DNA from: Rebecca billardiae RCC1528
Taxonomy: Eukaryota; Protista; Haptophyta
Length of the DNA: 64,000 nucleotides
Direction: 5' to 3'
Assembly: GCA_965240325.2 (NCBI GenBank)
Contig: OZ251224.1
Span: 3,906,001 to 3,970,000 of the forward strand
Part shown: in pieces, positions 54,640 through 64,000 of the stretch
Position numbering within the stretch: the stretch's first letter is position 1
Layout of the letters: each line of letters starts with the position of its first letter
Program-made: the position numbers and the translations under genes
The notes under the pieces: generated by a model
Seen by the model: the letters and a program-made list of their open reading frames with translations, nothing else
What the model was told of the DNA's origin: nothing
Databases searched by the model: none

Positions 54640-57089
54640 ATGGCGGCGTCTGGGCCGAGCGGCGGCGAGGCGTTGAAGGAGGAGGGCAACGCGCTGTACA
54701 AGGCGGGCGACTACGCGCGCGCCGCCGGCAAGTACACCGAGGCGCTCGCCGCGCTCGGCTCGGCCGCCGACACCGCCGAGGTCCGCGCCAAGTGCCGGCT
54801 GAACCTCGCGCAGTGCTACCTGCGGCTGTGCAGCTACGGCGCGGCCGAGGAGCAGTGCGACCTCGTGCTCGCGGCGGACGCCAGCTCGTCCAAGGCGCTG
54901 CTGCGCCGCGGGCAGGCGCGGATCGGGCGCGACGCGCTCGAGGACGCGCTCTCCGACATGCTGGCCGCGTGCAAGCTCGAGCCCAAGAACCGCGAGATGC
55001 GATCTGAGTACGACCAGATCAAGGAGCTGCTGGGGGCGCACCCGACGCTGCCGAACAAGCTCAAGGACCTGCACGTGGTGGAGGAGAAGGGCCTGCGCGC
55101 GCTGCACGCCGGCCGCGCCGACGAGGCACGCGCCGCCTTTGAGCTGATGCAGCGCGAGGTCGGCGCGGACACGATCCCGGTGCAGCTGCCGCACTGGGAG
55201 GCGCGCGCCGCGCTCGGGCTCGGGATGCTGCACAGGCACGGCGGGCGGGTGGCCGAGGCGCGCAAGTGCTTCGACACGGCGCTCGATCGCGCGGTGAGCG
55301 AGCACGCGCGCGCGCCCGTCATCGCCGTGCACGCCTCGCTTGCGCACTGCCTGCTCGCCGCGCAAGTGGAGCTCGGCGACGGCGGCGGCGGCGGCGGCGG
55401 CGGGGACGGCGGCGGCGGCGGCGGCACCCCGCTCGAGCGCGCGGCGGAGAATCTGCGCTCTGCGCGCGTGGCTGCCGAGGCGCTCGGCGAGCCGCTGCTC
55501 GTGGCGGGCGCGCACGCGGCGAGCGCGTGCGTGCAGCTGCGCGCGCGCGACTTTGACGCCGCGCGCACGCACGCCGCCGCAGCGCTCGAGCTCTCGGCCG
55601 CGCACGGCGACAGGCACGGCGAGGCGGTGGACTGCGTCACGCTCGCGATCGCCGAGCGGTGCGCGGGCGGCGGCCGCGGCGGCGGCGTCTCCGAGCGGCT
55701 GGGCCGCGCGCTCGGCCTCGCGCGCGCCCTCGGGTACGCGCGCGTCGAGGCGAGCGCGCTCACTGAGCTCAGCACGCAGCACCTCGCGCTCGGCGGCGCG
55801 CGTGCCGCCGAGCACACGGCCGAGCAGGCGGTGGTCGTCGCGCGGAAGGCCGGGCTGCCGTGGTGCGAGGCGGCCGCGCTCGGCGCGCTCGGCGCCGCGC
55901 GGATGCGCACGCTCGCGCGAGCGTCGCCCTCGCACGAGCCGTCGGCGCCAAGCGACGCCGCGGCTGACGCCCTGCAGGAGGCGAGCCGCGTCACCGCCAG
56001 GATCGCGGGCGCGCCCGCGGCCGCGCGCGCGCGCGCCGACGCCAACCACCACGCAAGTCGGCTGCAGCTGTGCGCGCGCGAGAGTGAGCCTGCAGCGCGC
56101 GCGCAGCTCGCCGCCGAGCTCAAGAAGCTGTTCGGAGAGGACTTGGCGCGTGCGCGCCAGCTCGGGCTGGACGAGGTGCGCGCGCGCGTGTGAGCGCGCG
56201 CGCCGCCCCACGCCGTCCGCGCCTCCGACCGACCCAGCGGCGTGAGCCGAGGCGCGCGAGAGACCGAGCTGAGCTCTCGGCCTCACACCCTTACCCACGC
56301 GCCGCGCGCCGCGTGCCGCCACCCGCGTGCGCGCCGCGCGGCCGCGCAGCTGGAGCGGCATGCGCTGGGCAACATGGGCCTCGCCACGCTGCTCGCCGGG
56401 GACGCGCTTGCGGCTGTCGAGTGCCTGGAGGTGAGTCAAAGTACACAGAGGGAGTACTCAGGAGTGCGGCCGGCCGGCACGGCACGGCACACCGACCGTC
56501 GCCGGCGCCGCGCGCGCCGCAGCCCCGCCACTGGCCCGCTGCCGTGCGCGCCCACGCGCTCACGCCCTGCACTCCCTCTGCGTCGCGTGGCGCGCGCCCG
56601 CGCGCGCGCGTGCGGCGCGCACAGACGGCCCTCCGCCTCGGCGGCGACACGGAGTACGAGGGGCGAGATTCCGATCTCTCCAACCTGGGCGTGGCGCGCG
56701 TGGCGCTGGGCGACGCGGCGGGCGCGTGCAAGCACTTTGCGGCGGCGGAGGCGTGCGCGGCCAAGGGCGCGGACGCGAGCAGGCGGGCCGCGCACCTCTG
56801 CAGGCTGGGGATGGCCCAGCGCGCGTGCGCCGAGCACGCCCCAGCGTGCGCCTCGCTGCTCCAGGCCCTCGAGCTGCTCGGCGGCCACGCGCACGCTGAC
56901 GCGGCGCCCATGCTGTCGCTCGCGCGAGAGGTGCACGAGGCGGGCGAGCACGAGCGTGCCGCGCATCTGCTGGAGGAGGCGCTGCTGCAGGTGCGCGATC
57001 GGCCAGGCGGTGCGGCGGGCTCTGAGACCGCCGCACCGCGCGCTGCGGCTGCCGCGCCAGGCGTGGCGGCGGGAGTGAGCGGCGAGTGA
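54640..57089 (+). CDS. TPR-repeat protein with an N-terminal co-chaperone-type TPR triplet; introns 56176-56349 and 56431-56624
   Basis: ALKEEGNALYKAGDYARAAGKYTEAL...LNLAQCYL...KALLRRGQA...KLEPKN carries the carboxylate-clamp residues. Further degenerate TPRs (GNMG, SNLG) appear after splicing. Confidence 0.85.
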
Positions 57090-57905
57090 GCTCTGAGCGG
57101 CCGGCGGCGGCTGCGCATGTTGCCAATGTTGTGCCACCCCGGAGCTGTAGTCATCACCGTCGCGCGCGCCGGCCCCGCCGCCAGTCGCTCTGTCGCGGGT
57201 GGTTTGCAGGCAGGACCGAACCCCCGCATGGCCGCATCACCACGCGCCCGCTTGCTGCCGCCAACTCGGCCACTGAGCTGCTCCGAGCTGGACTTGTACG
57301 AGCCAGAGTGTGTCTCCGGACACTTCGCGCGGCATGCCCTCGGCCGCGTGTGACACGCCTGACACCGGGCGGCGGCCGGAGACACGGTCCCGGTTCGGCC
57401 GGGACTTGCGAGGCCGGCCGGGTCAATCTCAATCGGTCACCGTCAGCGCTCCGCCTCAGCAGCAGTGAGCAGAGACCCTGCTTGATCATGATGACTAAAC
57501 ACAAATAAGTCTGATCGTCACTTCAGGCCCAATAGCATTGACGATACCGACAGAGCCAGAGGCGCCCATGCCACGCGCGCGACGGCGCGCGTGACTGACT
57601 GTGACTCGGCCTGACCGTGATGACGGCCGACGGCTCAGGGCGGCGCCTCCTGACTCGTGAGCGATAGCACCCGACACCGGTCATTGTCGTCACATGCCTG
57701 ACACTAGGCCCTTGACACAACGCCATGAGTTCTGCCGGAGCAGATCTCCATCTTCAAGTTCAATCTGCGCAGCCGCACGATGGCACGAGCTGCCATGCTG
57801 ATGAGCAGTGAATGAAGCTGGAGCAGTGGAGCACCTCCAACCTGGCACTCCGGTCTCCGCGTTGAGCACCGAGGCGCGGCATCACGAGATTCGCACAGGG
57901 CGCGG

Positions 57906-58986
57906 ATGCTCGAGGGCATGCTTCCCGAGTGGTGGAGCGCGGCCGAGCCGGGGCAGCAGATGGACAATCTCATCGCAGCAGCGCTGCTCTCGTCTATGGG
58001 CGTCTCCGCGCTCGTGCTGCTCAGCGGCGTGCAGGCGCCCTACGGCCGATACTCGACCAGCTCATGGGGCCCGCGCATGAACGGCAAGCTCGCGTGGATC
58101 CTGCAGGTGCGGCTGCGGGCGGCCTGCCGGCGCGTTGGACGTGCACGCCACTGCGTCTGGACCGCGCGCGCCTCGCCCGCGGCCCATCTCCGCCCCGTCC
58201 CCGTGCGCCATGGCCGTCCATCTGGGCATGCGCGCGCGCGCGGCTGCATGCAGGAGCTTCCATCTTTCGCCGTGCCTGCGAGCATGCTCGCCAGTGCCTA
58301 CCCGCGCGCGCCGTCGAGCTCGCTAGCGAATCTCGCGCTTCTCGCGGCGTTCTGCACGCACTACTTCAACCGCACCTTCATCTTCCCCCTGCGCATCCGC
58401 GGCGGCAAGCCGACGCCAGTGAGCGTCTTCCTGATGGCCTTCGGCTTCTGCGTGACCAACGGCTGGCTGCAGGGGCGCGCGCTCACCGTGTGGCAGACGT
58501 ACGACGCGGCGTGGACGAGTGACCCGCGCTTCCTCGGCGGCCTCGCGCTCTTCGCGCTCGGCATGGCCATCAACATCCACGCCGACACCATCCTTATGAA
58601 CCTGCGCAAGCCCGGAGAGACGGGGTACAAGATCCCGCGCGGGGGCATGTTCGAGCTGGTCTCGGGCGCAAACTTCCTCGGCGAGTGCCTCGAGTGGTCG
58701 GGATTTGCAATCGCCTGCTGGTGCGCTCGGCGACGCGGCGCCCGCCGGCCTGCGCGCAGACCACCTCGCTCCCCGCCCTCTGCGACGGCAAGCGGCGGTG
58801 GGTACTGACCGCCCGCGTCACGCATCCACGGCTGCTCGCTCGCGCAGGTCCTTTCCAGCGGTGGCCTTCGCGCTGAGCGTCTGGGCAAACATCGGCCCGC
58901 GTGCCATCCAGCACCACCAATGGTACAAGAGCAAATTCGAAGACTATCCGAAGCACCGGACCGCGCTCATCCCGTTCCTCATTTGA
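57906..58986 (+). CDS. 3-oxo-5-alpha-steroid 4-dehydrogenase (SRD5A1/DET2-like); introns 58107-58253 and 58721-58847
   Basis: APYGRY, LAWILQELPSF, HYFNRTFIFP, INIHADTILMNLRKPGETGYKIPRGGMFELVSGANFLGE and NIGPRAIQHHQWYKSKFEDYPKHRTALIPF. Confidence 0.95.
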
Positions 58987-59423
58987 GCCGCGTGTGCCAA
59001 TCGCGACCTCAGACTCGGACGAGTCGGACGGGAGTGACAGCCGTCGTCTGTAACTTTACTGCAGCATGACTCTGACTAGCTTAGCATCATCAATACAGCA
59101 CGTAGATCATCCGAGAGGCGGCGATCCCGCGCCGCGATTTCCGACGTGTCAAGACACTCAGACACTGACTACTGAGTGAATTCGTGAGTCGGTTCACAGT
59201 ACCAGTAGCCATATAGCATGCGGCTTCGGCAGGATCGGATTGGCGCAAGGAGACTTCGGGCGTTCGTCGGCGCGCAAAGGGCAGAGCAATAGCGGCCTGG
59301 ACGCTACAATACTGTCACTGGAGATGACTGCAGCCAGTGCTGGCCGCGCCCGATGATGACAGAAACCGCGACCGCCACGACCGTTGATACTCAAAGGTCA
59401 TTGCCTCCGTGAATCGTCCGCCC

Positions 59424-60260
59424 TCAGACCCGGCCGCCGATGGGCGCAGCCCCCCTCTCCTCTTCGGCAGCACCATGGACACGATTTCCGGCTGCCCTGC
59501 GACGCTGCAGTCGCTCAATGAGCTCGCGCTGGCACGACACGCACGCAGGGACGTTGGGGGGGGCGCACGCGTGAGCTGAGCGCGCCGCGGGTGCTGCGGT
59601 CTAGCCAATGGGGCGCAGAGGCACCCGTGCCCCGGCACGCTGCCCGTTCACGCGCGCGGCGCGCACCTTGGTCCCGCCCGTCAGCTCGCCGTGCGCGCGT
59701 GCGAGCCGTTTGAGGCCCTGCACTGTCATCCCGTGCATCGACGCGGAGGACGGCAGCGAGGGCGGGGGGGCGTCTGCGTGGCTGCCGACGTTCAGCGGGC
59801 GGAGGTGGGCGCGCGGGCGCGCCGAGGCGCCGCCGCCGCTGCGGCCGTGCACCGGCCGGCCACCGTCTGCCAGCGCCGCATCGGATGCAGCCTTGCGCGG
59901 TCGCTTGTGCGGCTGTGCCGTTTTTGCGCGCTTCATACCGTCGAGCCTCGCGTTTGGCACCCCGTCGGCCATGCGCTTGCTCCGCTGCGAAAGCGCCCTG
60001 ATCATCGCGTCGTCATCCGCGCAGGCCATCTGGTGCTGCTGGCCTGCGCACGTCCATCCACAGCGGCGCCGAGGTGTCACGCATGCAAGCGTAAACGCCG
60101 CGTGGCGGCGCGCGGTGCGCGTGGGGACGCCGGGGCGCGTGGGCTGCTCACCGGGAGCGCGCGTCTCGTGATCGGCGAGGTAGGTCATCGGGCTCCTGAG
60201 TGCGGGCAGCCCCTGCGTCGGAGCCTCGGCGAGTAGGACCCCCCTCGAGGGCCACATCAT
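59424..60260 (-). CDS. Small SAP-domain protein; intron 59529-59666 (5' structure and start uncertain)
   Basis: Splicing GTGCGC..CAG gives MTVQGLKRLARAHGELTGGTK|RELIERLQ, a SAP motif. A basic NLS-like HKRPRK lies upstream and the stop TGA is at 59424-59426. Confidence 0.65.
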
Positions 60261-60464
60261 GCCACGCCCTGTGTCGCCCTCGCCCTCCGCGGCTCCGCCT
60301 CCTTGCGATACTGGTAGGCCGCAAAGGTAGACGGTTGGCCCGCGACACACCGGACCGACCCGCTTTGAGCTTGGACTCCGGAAGCACCGGCTGCCGGCAA
60401 TTTGCTGCCGGCTTGGCCGGACACAGTTCAACTTGGCGCGCGTGTCGGGTGTTGAGCAAGCAGC

Positions 60465-63400
60465 ATGTCGGTGAAGCTCAGCCGCCGCGATGAGCGGATG
60501 GTCAGCAAGCGCGCGCGGTGCGAGCCGCTGTGCGAGCCGTGCTACGACATGGAGGTGGTACCGAGCGTGCGCGACGCCACTGTTCTCGCTGACAGCTGCC
60601 TCGTGCGCCAGACCGACCGTGACCAGTGGAAGTCCCAGCTGACCGAGCTGCTGCTGCTGTGCAACGAAGCCGCGTGGCGCTCGGCGCAGCGGCAGACCGC
60701 GCGGAACAGGGGGCGGCCCCCGCCAGCGGCGCCGTACGAGGCGAAGCCACTCGTCCTCGAGTACATCCTCGACCGGCTCGACACGGACGACCCGCTCTGC
60801 GGCTACCAGCTGCGCACGCGCGCCGAGGGGTGGCTGCAGGGCTTCATCACCTTCACGGCGTTCACGACGTGGCAGACGTACTTCCGGTGGGACTCGCTCG
60901 ACCCGCGCGCGGGCATCACGCTCGACGATCTCGACGCCCACCGTGTCGACGAGGACGGCGAGCTCAGCGCCGAGCTCGACGAGTGCGCGCGCTTTGGCGA
61001 CCCGGACGGGTGCGGCGTGATCTGGCCGCGCGTCGCTGAGATCACTCTCCTCGGCGGCCTCGGCTGCGGCGCGCAGCTGCTGCAGCTGGCCCTCGACGAC
61101 CTGGCCAGGCAGGGCTCCTACGACTACGTCGTGCTGCAGGTGCGCGCACCTCCGCCCAGCGCAGCACCCCCAGCCCACGCCCCGCGCGCGTGTACGCCAG
61201 CCAGCGCGCACACAGCGGCACGCGCACGCGCGCGCGTGTGCGTGTGTGCGCGCGCGGCTGGTCCGGCCGTCGGCCGGGGTGCGCACGCGTGGTGATGGGC
61301 GCGGTGGTGGTGCGGTGGTGCGCGCGCGCTTGGGCGAGACCTGCGCGCGCGCACGCGCGCACACCCCACCACCGCTGCAGGCCACGGACAACGCCATCCC
61401 CTTTTACGAGCGGCACGGGTTTGTTCGCGTGGGCGCGGTCGCCGCGCACCACACGGACCCCGAGCATGCGCTCACCAAGTCGAACGGCGCGGACCCGCCC
61501 GTGCTCAAGCGGAAGCGGGGCGCGGAGGCGAAGCGCGAGTCGGCGCTGAGCGAGGCGCAGGCGCGCACGCTCGCGAAGGAGGCCGCCGCCAACCTCGGCG
61601 CGCCCGACGCCGCCGCGTGGGCCGAGCTCGTGTCGCGCGCCGCCACGGACGAGCAGCGCGCGCGCGCCGCGGGCGTGCGGCTCTGGTGGGCCAACCGGGC
61701 GATCCACGGCTTCGTCAAGGCGCTGCGCCGCCGGCCGTGCGCGCCGCACTTCTGCGAGCCCGTGGCGGACATCCTGCTCTACTACCGCGAGATCGTCGCC
61801 GAGCCGATGGACCTGAGCACGATGGCGGCGGGCGCGTGCGCAGGCCTGTACTGCGGGCGGCTCGCGGCCGCGCTCGCCGACGTGCGGCGCATCGAGGCGG
61901 CGGCGTTCGCGTACAACGGCAAGCGGCGCGCGAAGGAGGAGGTGCCGCGCGAGGTGTGCCAGGCGGCGACGCGGCTCTCGAAGGAGGGGCGCGTGCTCGC
62001 GCGCGCGTGGCGCGAGGCGCACCCCGCCTACCTCTTCGCCGACGACGACCTGGACGACGCCGACGGCGCAAAGGCGCTGCCGTCCGCGCGCGAGCGCGAG
62101 CGCGCGCCTCGCTCCTTCGCCGAGGCGGTCGGCACGGCGCGCGCGGCGGCGGAGGCGCGGAGCGCGGCGGCGGCGGCGGCGGGGCCCGACGCCGTCGGCA
62201 AGGGCGCCGCCCCGCACCCGCCGCAGCCGCCGCTCGCGCCGCCGCCCGCCGCCGCCGCCTCGGAGCTCGCGCGCCGCGGCCCGCGCGTCGCCGCGCGCGA
62301 CACTGCCTACCAAGCGGCTGCGAGCGGCGACGCCGGAGTGCTGGGCTACTCGCACTGGACGTTCGCGGACCAGCCGACGCTCGACCAGTTCCCGTCGTAC
62401 ATGATGGCGCGGCGGCTGTCCGCGTGCGCGCCCGGCGGCGAGCTCCCGCCCGTCGCCACCGAGGACCCCGGCGCCGCCGCGGCCCAGGCCAACAGCGCGC
62501 GGCCGTCAGCGCTGCGTCGGCTGCTAGCGCTGCGCCCGCGCGGCGTCGTGCCTCGAGGCGTCAAGTTCGTCGCCAAGCTGGTCGCGCCCTCGGGCGGCTC
62601 GCCCGAGTACTTTGGGCCGTGCGACTCGGAGCGCGAGGTGGAGGAGCTCTACGCCCACGCCGCACACGCGCTCCGCGAGCGCGAGCGCGCAGTGGCCGCC
62701 GCGGCCGAGGGAGCCGCCGAGCGCGCGGGCGCAGGCCAGCACGCTCGGCCGCAGCCGGGTGCGCTCGGCGGCCGCGCGAGACTCGCAGAGCACCTGGAGG
62801 CGCTGCTGGTCGAGGCGGCGCCGCCGCCCGTGCCGCGCCGCGCGCCGACGGCGGGCGCGCCCGGCGCGGGCGTCCACGAAGGCGCACCCGCGTGCGTCGA
62901 GCGGGCGAGCCCCCCAGATGGCGGCAGCTGCGGCGGCGCGGGGTGCGCGGCCGGCGAGGCGGTGCGTGCGTGTGGCACCGAGAGCTCCTCAGGCTCAGCA
63001 GCGGGCGGCTCCTTGGCACCGCACCCCGCGCCGCCGCAGCCGTGCGTGCGCATGCCGTCGCAGCGGCTGTACAACGCGGTCGTCACCATCTCCGACCTGC
63101 CGCAGGCGTACGCGCAGCACCGGTACTGGTTCGTCATGCAGTTTGTGCCCGATATGCAGTGGTGCGCGCGCCGCACTCACGCGGCGGCGCGGCGGCGCGA
63201 GACGCGCGCCCGCGTGCTCGCTGTGCCGCCGGCGGGCATGAGGGGCGGGCTGCTGACGCTGGCATCACGATGCCCCCGCGGCCCGCGCACGCCGCGCGCG
63301 CCCGCAGGTGTCACGTCGTCCCGCTCCGCAGCTACGGCCGCTTCCCTGCGCGCAACACCGCGCGCGGCGAGCGCCCAATCTGGTGTGTGCTGCAGCGCCC

Positions 63401-63759
63401 TTCTTCCGTGGGGGGGGCTCTGCCGCTGCGCTCGCGCGCACGCGCGCTTCTCGCCGCCCTCGCGCGCCGTGACGCTGGAGCCCGCCGGCGCTCATCCAGC
63501 CCTGCCGTGTGCCCTGCGCACCTGCGCATGCTTTCGCGCGCGCGAGCGCAGGAAGCTCGCCCCCGAGGGCCAGGTGCGGGAGCTGGACGTGCCGGCCTCG
63601 CGCTGCTCGCTCGTGAAGGCGCAGCTCGTCGCGCGCACCACGAACGCAGACGCGGAGGTGTGGGACATCCCCGACTCAGAGCCGTACGCTGCCCCGTTTG
63701 AGCAGCCGACCGCGAATGGGAGCACCACGACGGGCAAGTCGAGATCCAAGGCGAAGTAG
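60465..63759 (+). CDS. GNAT acetyltransferase with bromodomain, AP2-like segment and C-terminal beta-rich domain; introns 61140-61380, 63162-63307, 63383-63551
   Basis: GNAT: AEITLLGGLGCG...YDYVVLQATDNAIPFYERHGFVRVG. Bromodomain: FCEPV...YYREIVAEPMDLSTM...DVRRIEAAAFAYN. AP2-like: KFVAKL...YFGPCDSEREVEELYAHAA. Confidence 0.85.
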
Positions 63760-63967
63760 CAGCTGAGACGGTTGTCAGGCAGCAGCTAGCCTTTGTGCAT
63801 GCTGCCAGTGGAGTCGACATCGACATCTTCGTCAGACGTCATCGTCGCGGACCGGGATCCGGGTCACCGGGACCGCGGACCGGCCGGACCGTCAGGCTGC
63901 GTCAGAGGCCGTCAGACCCGCGGCGGGCCCGCCCGGGGGCGGGGCCCCGGGATCCGGCAATTCTAGA

Positions 63968-64000
63968 GGGGTCAGAGCCCCACTGGGGGGTGCGTGGCCC
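63968..64000 (+). mobile_element. Left end of a second M1 MITE copy (runs off the window)
   Basis: ggggtcagagcccc-actggggggtgcgtggccc matches both ends of 38546-39019. Confidence 0.65.

Noticed and set aside
54466-56439. Long antisense ORFs opposite the TPR, AC (41301-43082), ThDP (18014-19732) and PhoD genes
   Set aside because: These are mirror-frame artefacts of extreme GC3 bias, with no independent domain signal.

Overview
This is eukaryotic nuclear DNA. It is very GC-rich and gene-dense, with short CG-rich spliceosomal introns (102-241 nt, mostly GTGCGC...CAG, one GC-AG), bipartite plastid-targeting leaders and many head-to-head gene pairs. That pattern suggests a haptophyte-type alga; the taxon is an inference. 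About 23 protein-coding genes can be supported: a membrane-tethered subtilase with a ~600-aa Ser-Pro rod, a PAB-like protein, RPS3, a Sel1-MYND protein, a class II HDAC, a DsbA-like protein, BSD, RING-H2 and AP2 proteins, an amino-acid transporter, a DUF4239-like protein, a methyltransferase, PhoD, a voltage-sensor/adenylyl cyclase fusion, FN3, macrodomain, TPR, steroid 5-alpha-reductase, SAP and GNAT-bromodomain proteins. The best candidate for a new system is one 965-aa gene (18041-21230). It fuses a ThDP-dependent acetolactate synthase/pyruvate oxidase-family enzyme, a canonical EF-hand and an acetolactate decarboxylase-like domain, which could be a Ca2+-gated pyruvate-to-acetoin pathway in one polypeptide. 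Also notable are two 2.2-2.4 kb non-autonomous elements with shared Helitron2/Helentron-like ends and unrelated cargo, an RLE (CRE-like) retrotransposon remnant abutting a (TA)107 tract, an HDAC with an Stc1-like zinc finger, and two MITE families. All family calls come from recognising motifs by eye; no searches were run.
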